In this document: positions 51,146-60,341 of the stretch, piece after piece
Layout: each line of letters opens with the position of its first letter
How positions within the stretch are numbered: position 1 is the first letter of the stretch
Assembly: GCA_022821685.1 (NCBI GenBank)
Contig: JAJEDD010000041.1
Coordinates: 41,486 to 105,485, forward strand
Source: Acidimicrobiia bacterium
Lineage (GTDB): Bacteria > Actinomycetota > Acidimicrobiia > Acidimicrobiales > Aldehydirespiratoraceae
Length of the DNA: 64,000 bases
Direction of reading: 5' to 3'
Made by a program: the position numbers and the translations under genes
Notes under the pieces: model-generated
What the model saw: the letters and a program-made list of their open reading frames with translations, nothing else
What the model was told of the DNA's origin: nothing
Database searches by the model: none

Positions 51146-51625
51146 TCAGCCTCGAGGCCAGCCTTCGAGCGCAGCCCGCAGGCTCGGGCTGCGCCTGAGC
51201 CAGGACTCGCCTACGCACTCGACATCGAGGCGCCGGTCGTCTGGGCCGTCGCCAAAGGAGATCGTCACCGACAACCGGTCAGCGGGCAGGTCCGCGGTGA
51301 TCGTGTCGCCCCACTCGACCAGGGTCACCCCATCGTCGAGCAGTTCGGGCAGGGCCAGATCGGCCACCTCGTCGGGACCGTCGAAGCGGTAGACGTCGAG
51401 GTGGTTGACCACCAGGCGGCCCTGGTAGCGGTTGGCCAGCGTGAAGGTGGGGCTGGTGACGGCGGCGGTCACGCCCAAGGCGGCCGCGAAGCCCTGCACG
51501 AAGGCGGTCTTGCCCGCGCCGAGATCCCCGACGAGCACCACCACGTCGCCGGTTGCTGCCACCGCCGCCACGGCCCCGCCGACGGCTCTCGTCTCGTCGA
51601 CGTCACCCGTGCTGCAAGCGATCAT
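51146..51625 (-). CDS. tsaE: tRNA threonylcarbamoyladenosine biosynthesis ATPase TsaE
   Basis: P-loop [25 protein letters not shown]. Confidence 0.85.
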   Translation of the reverse strand: MIACSTGDVDETRAVGGAVAAVAATGDVVVLVGDLGAGKTAFVQGFAAALGVTAAVTSPTFTLANRYQGRLVVNHLDVYRFDGPDEVADLALPELLDDGVTLVEWGDTITADLPADRLSVTISFGDGPDDRRLDVECVGESWLRRSPSLRAALEGWPRG

Positions 51626-52533
51626 GGCGACGGCCGGCGGGGTGGTCTCACCCCTGAATCGTAGGTCGCGGTGGCGCTGCCCACGGCCTCGGCCACTGCG
51701 GCTACGGCCAGGAGCCTCACATCATCGGCGTCGGCGGGAACCTCGCCGGTGGCCGCGGCCACCACCGCATCGCCGTCGCTGCGGGTGTGGGCTGGAACCA
51801 GAGTGCGGGCCAGTCCGTCGTGGCCGCCCTGGGCCACCCAGAAGCAATCGAGCTTGGTCAGCTCGGCGTTGGTGACGACGGCGCACAGGGTCGTGTTGGT
51901 GAACAAGCTCTTCCGGCCCTCCCAACTCTGGAAGGCTCCGGCCGCGACCTGTTCGAGTATCTGCTGCGACTCGGGCGGGGGGCTGCCCGCCGCGTTGAGG
52001 GCCACCACCGCGCTGACGACCAACTCACCGCGGCGCACCGCGGCGATGCCCAGTCCGCCCGGCTCGGCGCGCTGCGAGCCGAGCCACTTGGACACGGTGG
52101 CACCGGCGCCGGCGCCGACCGCGCCCGTCTCAGACGCTGCAGTGCGGTTGGCGGCAGCGTGCCGCCCGGCGGCGGCACCGGGGCGGACGGCCGAGTCGCC
52201 GACACCGAGGTCGTAGAGAGCCATGGCCACCACGATGGGCACCGGGCCATGGGGCGTGTCGAACCCCCGTCCCTCGGCCTCGAGAACTTCCATGACCCCG
52301 TCGGCTGAGGCCAAGCCGAAGGCGGAACCTCCGGTGAGCACGATGGCGTCCACGCAGTCGACCAGCCGCTCCGGTGCCAGAAGCGCGAAGTCGCGGGTGG
52401 CCGGGGCACCGCCTCGCACCTCGCCCGAGGCAGTGGTGCCCGGCGGCAGCACGATCACCGTGCAGCCGGTGCGGGCCACGGGGTCGGTCCAATGCCCGAT
52501 CTCAACCCCGCGGACCTGCAGATCAACTTGCAC
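51622..52533 (-). CDS. P1 family peptidase (DmpA/S58-like Ntn hydrolase)
   Basis: GHWTD...TGCTVIV.P.G...[11 protein letters not shown]; GGSAFGL. The stop overlaps the tsaE start (ATGA). Confidence 0.7.
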   Translation of the reverse strand: MQVDLQVRGVEIGHWTDPVARTGCTVIVLPPGTTASGEVRGGAPATRDFALLAPERLVDCVDAIVLTGGSAFGLASADGVMEVLEAEGRGFDTPHGPVPIVVAMALYDLGVGDSAVRPGAAAGRHAAANRTAASETGAVGAGAGATVSKWLGSQRAEPGGLGIAAVRRGELVVSAVVALNAAGSPPPESQQILEQVAAGAFQSWEGRKSLFTNTTLCAVVTNAELTKLDCFWVAQGGHDGLARTLVPAHTRSDGDAVVAAATGEVPADADDVRLLAVAAVAEAVGSATATYDSGVRPPRRPSP

Positions 52534-52608
52534 AGTCGGAACCTATACGAGACTTGATCTATGGCGACACGGCGACGTTCATGGTGGGGTGGGCAGCCCA
52601 ACGGCGGA

Positions 52609-53754
52609 CTAGACCGAAACTCGGGGCACTCGGGCCGAGATCGACGTGACGATCTCGTAGGCGATGGTGCCGAGCCGTTCGGCGATCTCAGTCGCGGTGA
52701 TGTGCTCCGGGCCCTGGCGGCCGATGAGCACTACTTCGTCTCCCACTGCCGCCTCTTCGGCGACCGGGGGGGCGAGGGCGACCATGAGCTGGTCCATGGT
52801 CACGGTGCCCACGATGGGGCACCGCCGGCCTCGCACCAGCACCTCGACTCCGGCTGAGCCGCTGTCGCGGCGGATGCCGTCGGCGTAGCCGATGGCGACG
52901 GTGGCGATCCGGGTGGGCTCGTCGGCCCACCAACGCCGGCCGTACGACACGCTCTCGCCGGGGGCCACCGTCCGAAGCGCGGTGATGCGAGACACCAGTT
53001 CAAGGGCCGGTTGGAGCGGCACAATGTCGGCCAGCTCCGGCGCGGGCGGCACGCCGTAGATGGCGATGCCGGCCCGGATCAGGTCCCGGTGCGAGTCGGG
53101 GTGGGCCAGCAGTCCGGCCGAGTTGGCTACATGCACAAGCAACGGGCTCAGGCCGTTTGCTCGCAGGCGGGCGACAGCAGAATCGAAGCGGGCCAACTGC
53201 TCGGCTGTGAACGAATCGTTCGGGACATCGGCCACCGCGAGATGGGTCCAAACGCCTTCGAGGCTGAGCCGGTCTCCGGCCGCTCGCAGGGCTGAGGTAG
53301 CCGCATCGAGTTCGGAGGGAAGCACGCCCATCCGGTGCATGCCGGTGTCCACCTTGAGATGGACGGCGCGGACGGGTCCCGGCGCGGCGGCCAGCGCCTC
53401 GATCCCCGCGGTCGACGACACCGTGAACCGGACCTGCTCGCCACAGCGCAGCGATGCGTCGGCCACCAGTGTGGGCGCGACCTCCGACAATACGAGCACC
53501 GGCGCGTCGCTGCCGACGCTCTCGGCGGCCTCGGCCGCTTCGAGGGCTTCGGGGATCGTGGCCACGCCCAGCCAAGACGCGCCCCCCGCCAGCGCGGCAC
53601 GGGCCGCGGTGACGGCACCGTGGCCATAGCCGTCGGCCTTGACCACCGCGCACACCGCCGCGCCGCCGGCCCGCTCGGCCAGGCACCGAACGTTGGCCTC
53701 GATGGCCGCGCTGCGAACCCTGACCAGGCGCGCCGTCAGCTTTGGGACGCTCAC
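52609..53754 (-). CDS. alr: Alanine racemase
   Basis: PLP-lysine motif AVVKADGYGHG and the SYG motif (GESVSYGRRW). Confidence 0.9.
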   Translation of the reverse strand: MSVPKLTARLVRVRSAAIEANVRCLAERAGGAAVCAVVKADGYGHGAVTAARAALAGGASWLGVATIPEALEAAEAAESVGSDAPVLVLSEVAPTLVADASLRCGEQVRFTVSSTAGIEALAAAPGPVRAVHLKVDTGMHRMGVLPSELDAATSALRAAGDRLSLEGVWTHLAVADVPNDSFTAEQLARFDSAVARLRANGLSPLLVHVANSAGLLAHPDSHRDLIRAGIAIYGVPPAPELADIVPLQPALELVSRITALRTVAPGESVSYGRRWWADEPTRIATVAIGYADGIRRDSGSAGVEVLVRGRRCPIVGTVTMDQLMVALAPPVAEEAAVGDEVVLIGRQGPEHITATEIAERLGTIAYEIVTSISARVPRVSV

Positions 53755-53887
53755 GGCAGACCACCACCAGAGGGACCGGCCAGGAAGCGGCGGCCCGCAC
53801 TGCCGGACAGCCCCGTCGTGGGGCGGCTCAGGCTGCGAACCGGGCCGGCCCCCATAACCGCCGCCCCGCTAGACGCCGCCGACTTGT

Positions 53888-55237
53888 TCATGGTGTGACG
53901 GTGGGCAGGGCGGCGAGCAGGTCGCTGGCCACTAGGCGGGGGCCGCGGATTGCTGATGCGGCCCGGCCGTGAAGGTGGGCGGTCTCGGCCACCCGGTCGA
54001 TCAGGCGTTCGGGGCCGAAGGCGGCCATCCGGCCGGCGATCATGCCGGTGAGAACATCACCGGTGCCCGCGGTGGCCAGACGAGCATCACCGCTGGAGAC
54101 GATCCGGATCCGTCCATCGGCGTCGGCCACCATGGTGGGCCCGCCCTTGAGCAGAACCACCGCGTCGAATCGGGCCGCGGCATGCTTGGCCGCGGCAATT
54201 CGGTCGGGGCCGGGCCGGGCCGACATCAGGGCTTCGAACTCGCCGTCGTGCGGCGTCAACACCAGCGGTGACGAACTGCCGCGGCGCCGGCCGATGACCG
54301 CAGCCACTGCAGGGTCGCGCAGCAGACGCAGACCGTCGGCATCCACCACCGTCGGCAAGTTCAAGGCCAGCGCAGCGGCGAGGCGGGCCGCAGCCTGATC
54401 GTCGGTGCCCAGCCCCGGCCCGGCCGCGCACACCTTGAAGCGGTCGGCGTCCACCGCCAGAGGCGGCTCGGATCGAACCACCTCCACCGGCCAAGCCGTC
54501 CCGGCCGCGGCCGGCGAGCAGAGGTGGACCATGCGAGCCCCGCTGCGCAGCGCCGCGGAGCAGGCCAACGACGCGGCCCCGCCCATGCCGGGAGAGCCGG
54601 CCACCACCAGCGCGGCCCCATCCCACTTGTGGGTGGCGCCCGTGCCTGCGGGCAGCGCCTCGACATCGGCGTCGGTGAACAGCGCGCAGGCGTCTCCATC
54701 GGCATCACCGACGGCAAGGCCGATGTCGGCGACGGTGGTGGCGCCACAGACGGCGGGGCCCTTGCCGAACAGCAGGCCCGGCTTGAGCGCCGCGAACGTG
54801 ACCGTGCGCTGCGCCGCCCACACCGGTTCGCCCAGCACCTCGCCAGTGAGCCCGTCGAGTCCGCTGGGTATGTCGACGGCCAGCACCGGCGCGTCGAGGC
54901 GACCGCGCTGGGGCGGAGCATGGGGCCGAGAAAGCCCGGTGCCGAAGGCCGCGTCGATGTAGAGATCTGCCGGAGGCAGGGTCTCGGGAGCGTCGGCGAC
55001 GGAGACCACCCGCACCCTCACCCCGTCGCGGCGGAGCCGGCGGGCCGCGGCCCGGCCGTCGGCGCCGTTGTTGCCGGGGCCGGCCAGCACCACAACCCGG
55101 CGCCCATACCGCCCACCCATCATCTCGACCGCAGCCCGAGCCACCGCCGCTGCGGCCCGCTCGATCAACACATCAACCGGTTCGGGAGCGGCCGCATCAA
55201 TCTCAGCCATCCGAACCGGGGTAACGACCGGAATCAT
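53888..55237 (-). CDS. nnr: Bifunctional NAD(P)H-hydrate repair enzyme Nnr (epimerase / ADP-dependent dehydratase)
   Basis: N-terminal YjeF_N (GPGNNGADG) and a C-terminal carbohydrate-kinase domain (GTGDVLTGMIA). Confidence 0.85.
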   Translation of the reverse strand: MIPVVTPVRMAEIDAAAPEPVDVLIERAAAAVARAAVEMMGGRYGRRVVVLAGPGNNGADGRAAARRLRRDGVRVRVVSVADAPETLPPADLYIDAAFGTGLSRPHAPPQRGRLDAPVLAVDIPSGLDGLTGEVLGEPVWAAQRTVTFAALKPGLLFGKGPAVCGATTVADIGLAVGDADGDACALFTDADVEALPAGTGATHKWDGAALVVAGSPGMGGAASLACSAALRSGARMVHLCSPAAAGTAWPVEVVRSEPPLAVDADRFKVCAAGPGLGTDDQAAARLAAALALNLPTVVDADGLRLLRDPAVAAVIGRRRGSSSPLVLTPHDGEFEALMSARPGPDRIAAAKHAAARFDAVVLLKGGPTMVADADGRIRIVSSGDARLATAGTGDVLTGMIAGRMAAFGPERLIDRVAETAHLHGRAASAIRGPRLVASDLLAALPTVTP

Positions 55238-55824
55238 CGCTCAACTGAGTGCCGAGGCCTAGGGAGCCATCCTCGGGGTGCTCGAAGCTCGATGCCAGTG
55301 GGAGTCACGACAGGATCCGGAAGCCGGCTCAACCGGATGACGGGGCCAGCGAGATGGGTGGCCGCGTCAGCGGCCCGCCGGAGTTGGGCCGAGCGGCGAT
55401 GTGGCGGGAAGGCCACCATCACCCGCTTGTCACCGAATCTGCGGCGGACGGCCTCAATTGGCGCAACAAGATCGCTGTCGGCTGAGACCACGATGGCCAG
55501 ATCGAAGCGGTCGTCGTAGGCGTCTTCGAGGATGCGAACCGCCATGTTCACGTCCGTTCGCTTCTCCTCGTACTTCTTCTTCACGAACCCGCACTTGCGA
55601 CACTCGACGCTAGTCGTCAGGAAGTGGCCGAACTCGATCTCGACGCCTCCCCGAGCCATCAGCGCATCCAAGTAGACCGCTTGGTCCACCCCTGCCTCGA
55701 AGTCGTCGCGCACTCGAGCCGTGAAGTAGCGCACTAGGCCGAGACGTTGGTGGGGTCTCGGCAAAGCCGCGCACATCGCTCGCAAGTCAAGCCACCGGGC
55801 ATTGTGTAGCCGGGCATCGAGCAT
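55234..55824 (-). CDS. NYN (LabA/PIN-like) domain protein, apparently 5'-truncated by a repeat insertion
   Basis: NYN core (EKRTDVNMAVRILEDAYDDRFDLAIVVSADSDLVAPIE). The conserved IDxFNLYYG strand is encoded in frame just upstream of the first ATG and runs into repeat copy 55855..55992. Confidence 0.7.
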   Translation of the reverse strand: MLDARLHNARWLDLRAMCAALPRPHQRLGLVRYFTARVRDDFEAGVDQAVYLDALMARGGVEIEFGHFLTTSVECRKCGFVKKKYEEKRTDVNMAVRILEDAYDDRFDLAIVVSADSDLVAPIEAVRRRFGDKRVMVAFPPHRRSAQLRRAADAATHLAGPVIRLSRLPDPVVTPTGIELRAPRGWLPRPRHSVER

Positions 55825-55854
55825 CCCGTAGTAGAGATTGAAGCTGTCAATGTA

Positions 55855-55992
55855 AGAGGGCGCGCAAATAGGTGAGAACCCGTCGCGTCGCAGCGGTGTC
55901 TTTCCCGCTCTTGTTCGCTGCGCTCACGGGCCGCTCGGGCCACGGCCTCGCCCCGTATGGGCCGAAATCGCTCGCCTATCCGCTCGGCCTCT
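55855..55992 (+). mobile_element. MITE-like TIR-bounded intergenic repeat, full copy (138 bp)
   Basis: agagggcgcgcaaataggtgag...ctcgcctatccgctcggcctct. The inner roughly 110 bp are identical to copy 56137..56274. Confidence 0.85.
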
Positions 55993-56035
55993 AAGCAAAT
56001 ACACGCTCATAATTCATAGTTCAGGACTGTACCTG

Positions 56036-56064
56036 TTGCATGAACATGTGCATCGTGATATTCT
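56036..56064 (+). promoter_or_regulatory. Sigma70-like promoter TTGCAT-N17-TATTCT in the AT-rich spacer
   Basis: ttgcat (56036-41), a 17-nt spacer, then tattct (56059-64). It sits in a segment of markedly lower GC than its surroundings. Confidence 0.3.
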
Positions 56065-56070
56065 GCTCGT

Positions 56071-56128
56071 ACCACCCCTTGGTGAGTAGCCTTGGGTAAC
56101 GGCCCCGGCTCCCGGTCGGGGCCGTTTT
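56071..56128 (+). ncRNA. Candidate small RNA (about 58 nt) from the predicted promoter to the intrinsic terminator. The alternative reading is a 19-codon ORF at 56040..56099.
   Basis: The predicted start is about 7 nt after the -10 element. A small hairpin cacc-cctt-ggtg is followed by the terminator. The alternative is ATG 56040 ... TAA 56099, encoding MNMCIVIFCSYHPLVSSLG. Confidence 0.25.
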
Positions 56129-56130
56129 CG
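56101..56130 (+). terminator. Rho-independent terminator
   Basis: ggccccg-gctcccggt-cggggcc followed by gttttcg. Confidence 0.5.
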
Positions 56131-56136
56131 CGTCTT

Positions 56137-56274
56137 AGAGCGAGCGCGGATAGGCACGAGCCCGTCGCGTCGCAGCGGTGTCTTTCCCGCTCTTGTTCGC
56201 TGCGCTCACGGGCCGCTCGGGCCACGGCCTCGCCCCGTATGGGCCGAAATCGCTCGCCTATCCGCTCGGCCTCT
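56137..56274 (+). mobile_element. MITE-like TIR-bounded intergenic repeat, full copy (138 bp)
   Basis: agagcgagcgcggataggcacgag...ctcgcctatccgctcggcctct. Its last base overlaps the acpS stop codon. Confidence 0.85.
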
Positions 56275-56681
56275 TAGCGAGCGAGTGCTACGACGGTGGC
56301 TTGGGCTAGAGCGTCGGTGTGCGACAGCGAGACGAGCCAGCGGCCGATGCCGTGGTCCGCGGCGGTGGAGCGGGCGTCGCCGTGCAGCACGAGTTCGGGG
56401 CGGCCGTCGTCGTCTCGGACCACCTCGATTTCGGCCATGCGCATCCCGCCCAGGCCATAGCCAAGAGCCTTGAGGGCTGCCTCCTTGGCAGCGAACCGTG
56501 CTGCCAGCCGGGCAGCCGGATCAAACGCCCGCTCGGCGTAGGTCCGCTCACCGGCGGTGAACAGCCGGTCGGCCACCGAGGGACGCCGCTGGAGCACGGT
56601 GCGGAACCGGTCGACGTCAACCAGGTCGGTGCCGATCCCCACCACCCCGGCATCGGACAAGCCCCTGATGCCCTCGGTCAC
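56274..56681 (-). CDS. acpS: Holo-[acyl-carrier-protein] synthase
   Basis: GIGTDLVDVDRF...FAAKEAALKALG. Confidence 0.9.
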   Translation of the reverse strand: MTEGIRGLSDAGVVGIGTDLVDVDRFRTVLQRRPSVADRLFTAGERTYAERAFDPAARLAARFAAKEAALKALGYGLGGMRMAEIEVVRDDDGRPELVLHGDARSTAADHGIGRWLVSLSHTDALAQATVVALAR

Positions 56682-56756
56682 TCGCCCAACGATACCGATG
56701 CGCCCAGTGTGATCTCGCCCTTCCGGATTGACGGCAGCGCGTGCCGCGCCCGTGGT

Positions 56757-59700
56757 TCAGGTGCGCCAGTGGTCGGCCAGGTCTCCGATGGGGGCTGTGA
56801 GCAAGTCGACCACCGCTATCTCGGCCAAGCGGGCCTCGTCGAAGGCGGGCTCGGTCTCGGTGACCGCGTCGCGCAGTTCCGAGTAGCGGTTGCGGTACCC
56901 CTGCATCACGCTGCGAGCCGCCGCCGCCGGCAGGGAGTCCTCGAAGCGGACGTGCAGCAGGGTGATCCCCACCGCGGCGCCGGCGGCAACCTCGGGAACG
57001 AACACGACCGTGCGCCCGTCGTGGCGGCCCCGAGCGGCCAGCACCCGGCGCTCCACCGCCACCCGGCGCTTGCTGCCGGTCAACGAAGGGGCCGACGCCG
57101 TGCGCGAGGCGATGCCGGTGGCGATTCCGCCCTGGTCGACCACGGCGATCTCCTCGGACCCGTCGAGTCGGTAGCGGGTGTGACCCTGCACCTCGGCCAC
57201 CGCCCCGCTGAGATCGGCCAGGGCCCGCACGGTGGAGTAGGAGAGGCTGTCGCGGGGCGCGCCCGCGGCGAGCACGGCCCGGATAAGCGGCGCCTCCAGC
57301 AGCGTCTGGTCGGAGCGGGAGATGCCGACGGTGACCGTCTTGGCCTGGTGGCGGATCGCGTCCACCGGACGGGTCAGCTCGTCGATCCCGACGCTCAGCG
57401 CGGCCTCTAGGTCGTCGATCACCGCGGCGGGAGTGCCGACCCGGCCCAGCTCCAGTTCGTATCCGTCCAGCGGGGCCAGCCCGGTGGCGTAGCGCATCAG
57501 CGTGGCGATGCGCACCGCGGTGGACGCCTCCAGATGCCCGTTGTAGTCGCCTCGCTCCAGACCGGCCTTGAAGGCGGCGCCGGCCTGCTGCAACGCGGGC
57601 CCCGCCAAGTGAAGGACATCCTCGGCGGTGGCGTCGGTGCGGGCGGCAGCCGCCTCGATGGCGGCCCGGGCCTCTCGCAGCGGCTGTGCCCCGGCATCGA
57701 TGGCCAGCGCGGCCTCGTAGCCGAAGAGGTGGCCCACCATGGTGGCGGGCAGGAAGGCCAGCCGGGGGTCCACCCGCGGCACGCACAGCACCGCCGACGC
57801 GCCCTCGAAGCGGGTGTCGCCGTCGTCGGCCACCACCACCGGGGCGGCCCTGTGGGCGCCGAAGATGGCCACCTCCTTGGCCACATCGTCGGCCACCGAG
57901 CCCGACAGGCCCGCCGCGCACACCAGCACCAGGGGCTCGGCCGACAGGTCGATGTGCTTCTTGTCCTCGGTGGCGTCGCTGGAGATCGACATGTAGCACA
58001 GCTCTGAGAGCTTGATGCGCACCTCGCGGGCCGCCACCTGGTTGGGTCCGTTGCCGACGACGGCCCAGTGGCGCCGGCCCGGCGCAAGGCTGCGGGCCGC
58101 CTCAGCAATGCCGTCGCGCCGCTCAAGCACCGTCTGCAGCACCTCAGGCATGGCCCGCAGCGATTCGAGGAGGCTGCGGCGCGACTCAGCGCCCCGGTCT
58201 CCTGCTGCCGCGCCCGCACCGACTGAGCACGGTGCTGGGACGACATCGCCCGCCACCTCGCTCGCGAAGGCCACGGCCAGAAGGCAGCCCGCGGCCACCT
58301 GGGAGTAGAACGCCTTGGTGGAGGCGACGCTCATCTCCACGTCTCGGCCGTCGGAGGTGTAGAGCACGCCGTCGGCCCGGTCGGTGAGGTCGCTGTTGCG
58401 GCGGTTGACGACGGCCACCACCGCGGCACCTCTGGCCCGCACCAGGTCGACGGTGCGGTTGGTGTCGGTGGTGGTGCCCGACTGCGAGATGGCCACCACC
58501 AGCGTGTCGGACATGTCCGTTTTCAGGTGGAAGGCCGACAGCTCGGTGGCGGGCAGTGCCGCCACGTCGAGGGATCCGGCCCGGCCTGCGTCGGCCAGCA
58601 ACGTTCGCAGACAGCGGGCGAAGCTCTCCCCCGCCACCGCCGCGGTGCCCTGGCCGATGGCCAGCACCGTCGTCACCGACCCGTCGCGCAGCCCGGCCCT
58701 CACCGCGGAGGGCAGCGTCTCGGGGCCGATGGACAGGCCGGGGCCGTCGGCGGTGTCGACGATCCGACCCCGCAGCGTCTTGCGGAACGACGCGGGCGCC
58801 TCGCCGATCTCCTTGAGCAGGTAGTGGCGATGGTCGCCGCGGTCGATGTCGCGGGTGGTGATGCATGCGGTCGAGATCTCGCCGGGGGCCACCGGCAGAG
58901 GAGCCCCGTCGTAGGAGTGCCGGGTCAGGCCCTCGATCAGGCCGGCCCGGCTGCCGTCGAGTTCGACGATCTGGCCTCTGGCGCCGGCCGCGCCGACGGC
59001 GTTCTCGCCGTCCATGCGCAGGTAGCGGGGCGTCTCCTCCACCACGCCGTAGGGCTCGCTGGCCACGATGAACGTGTCGTCGGCGAGCCCGACGTAGAGG
59101 GCCTGGCCGCTGCCCCGCAGCGCCAGCTGCAGGCGGTCGGGCGAGCCTGCGGTGCAGACGGCCACCGCCACCGAGCCCTCGCACTCGGCCACGGTTCGCC
59201 GGAACGCCTCAGCAGGCGGCAGGCCGGCGGCCAGGCGGCGGCCCATCAGCGCGGGCACGGTCTTGGAGTCGGTGGTGATGGCGGGCGGCACCCGGATCCC
59301 GGCCGAGGCGAGCAGCTCGGCGTAGTTGTCCACGTCGCCGTTGACAGCGCCGACCACGTAGGGCGGATCCTCGCCGAGCACATCGCTGTTGAGCGGATGG
59401 GCGTTCGCCTCGGAGATGATGCCGACAGAGGCCCAACGGGTGTGGGCCAGCACCAGCACGCGGGCGTCAGGGGAGGCGAGCGCCGCGGCCAGCAGCCGGT
59501 CGGAGGCGACCGCGGCCCGCAACGCGGCGGTGTTGTCGCCCAGCTCGCCTATCTCGGCCGCCGTCTTGTACACGATGCTGAGAACGCCATCCACGAGGCG
59601 CACCGAGCCGGCGCCGAACGACGGGTCGTGGCCGCGTCTGTCGATGGCCGCGGCCACTGCGGGATCGTCGCGGTCGAGTCCGTGGCCGCTGATCAGCAGA

Positions 59701-60233
59701 TGCAGCCCGGCGGAATCGCGTCCGCGCACCTCGAGCCGGTCCAAGGCACCGACGGCCTGATGGATGGACAGGTAGGCCTCCACCGCGGCCGGCGCCGAGT
59801 CGGCGGTCAGCCGAGCCTCGGCCAAGAACTTCGAGACGGCGCGAGCCGCGCCCAGCCGGTCGCGTCCGAGCGCCCACAAGCCGTCGCGGATTCGCACCAA
59901 CGGCTCGTTGAGGTGCTCCAGTTCGGCCGGGTCGAGCGATGGATCGGCGTCAAGTCGGGCGTCGAGGGCGGCCACCGAGGCCGTTGCCTCGTCGATGAGG
60001 GTCGCGAGCGTGTCGGCCGTCTCGGGCGAACCGAGCAGGAGTCGCAGCCCGGCGACCCCTCCCAGCAGCTCGTTGGCGGCCTGAAGCTGCTCGGCTGCGG
60101 TCGAGAGTTCGGGGGCGGAAGCGGCCGGTCCGGCGAGGGCGACAGAGGCCGCCTCAACCATGCCGACGACCGCGGCAGCATCGGGGATCGGCCGCGTCGA
60201 GGGGCGGCGCACGATGGCGACTATCCCGCACAT
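56757..60233 (-). CDS. Atypical 1158-aa GlmS-like protein (class-II Ntn glutamine amidotransferase + 2 SIS domains + a long insertion and a C-terminal extension)
   Basis: MCGIVAIV (Cys nucleophile at position 2), RGRDSAG, HTRWASVG, NGDVDNY, TDSK; SIS motifs ISQSGTTTDT and GNGPNQVAAREVRIKLSE. The ATG is at 60233. The position is syntenic with glmS, between glmM and acpS. Confidence 0.8.
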   Translation of the reverse strand: MCGIVAIVRRPSTRPIPDAAAVVGMVEAASVALAGPAASAPELSTAAEQLQAANELLGGVAGLRLLLGSPETADTLATLIDEATASVAALDARLDADPSLDPAELEHLNEPLVRIRDGLWALGRDRLGAARAVSKFLAEARLTADSAPAAVEAYLSIHQAVGALDRLEVRGRDSAGLHLLISGHGLDRDDPAVAAAIDRRGHDPSFGAGSVRLVDGVLSIVYKTAAEIGELGDNTAALRAAVASDRLLAAALASPDARVLVLAHTRWASVGIISEANAHPLNSDVLGEDPPYVVGAVNGDVDNYAELLASAGIRVPPAITTDSKTVPALMGRRLAAGLPPAEAFRRTVAECEGSVAVAVCTAGSPDRLQLALRGSGQALYVGLADDTFIVASEPYGVVEETPRYLRMDGENAVGAAGARGQIVELDGSRAGLIEGLTRHSYDGAPLPVAPGEISTACITTRDIDRGDHRHYLLKEIGEAPASFRKTLRGRIVDTADGPGLSIGPETLPSAVRAGLRDGSVTTVLAIGQGTAAVAGESFARCLRTLLADAGRAGSLDVAALPATELSAFHLKTDMSDTLVVAISQSGTTTDTNRTVDLVRARGAAVVAVVNRRNSDLTDRADGVLYTSDGRDVEMSVASTKAFYSQVAAGCLLAVAFASEVAGDVVPAPCSVGAGAAAGDRGAESRRSLLESLRAMPEVLQTVLERRDGIAEAARSLAPGRRHWAVVGNGPNQVAAREVRIKLSELCYMSISSDATEDKKHIDLSAEPLVLVCAAGLSGSVADDVAKEVAIFGAHRAAPVVVADDGDTRFEGASAVLCVPRVDPRLAFLPATMVGHLFGYEAALAIDAGAQPLREARAAIEAAAARTDATAEDVLHLAGPALQQAGAAFKAGLERGDYNGHLEASTAVRIATLMRYATGLAPLDGYELELGRVGTPAAVIDDLEAALSVGIDELTRPVDAIRHQAKTVTVGISRSDQTLLEAPLIRAVLAAGAPRDSLSYSTVRALADLSGAVAEVQGHTRYRLDGSEEIAVVDQGGIATGIASRTASAPSLTGSKRRVAVERRVLAARGRHDGRTVVFVPEVAAGAAVGITLLHVRFEDSLPAAAARSVMQGYRNRYSELRDAVTETEPAFDEARLAEIAVVDLLTAPIGDLADHWRT

Positions 60234-60341
60234 CAGGCCAGAACCCTCACCGCATGCCCCTCCCGAGACTTCATCGCCACGACACCCCTTCGGCAACCTG
60301 GGCGCATGCCCAAGCACCGCGTCGGGCCCCAACAGGAGACT

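Noticed and set aside
55734-56225. ORFs 55734..55943 (-) and 56007..56225 (-), which share the N-terminus MARAARERSEQERERHRCDATG
   Set aside because: The shared sequence is just the translated repeat element. These are not paralogous genes.
56682-60341. glmS ribozyme upstream of the GlmS-like gene
   Set aside because: The leader is only about 108 nt and GC-rich, and I saw no resemblance to the glmS ribozyme core. That ribozyme is not expected in this phylum.
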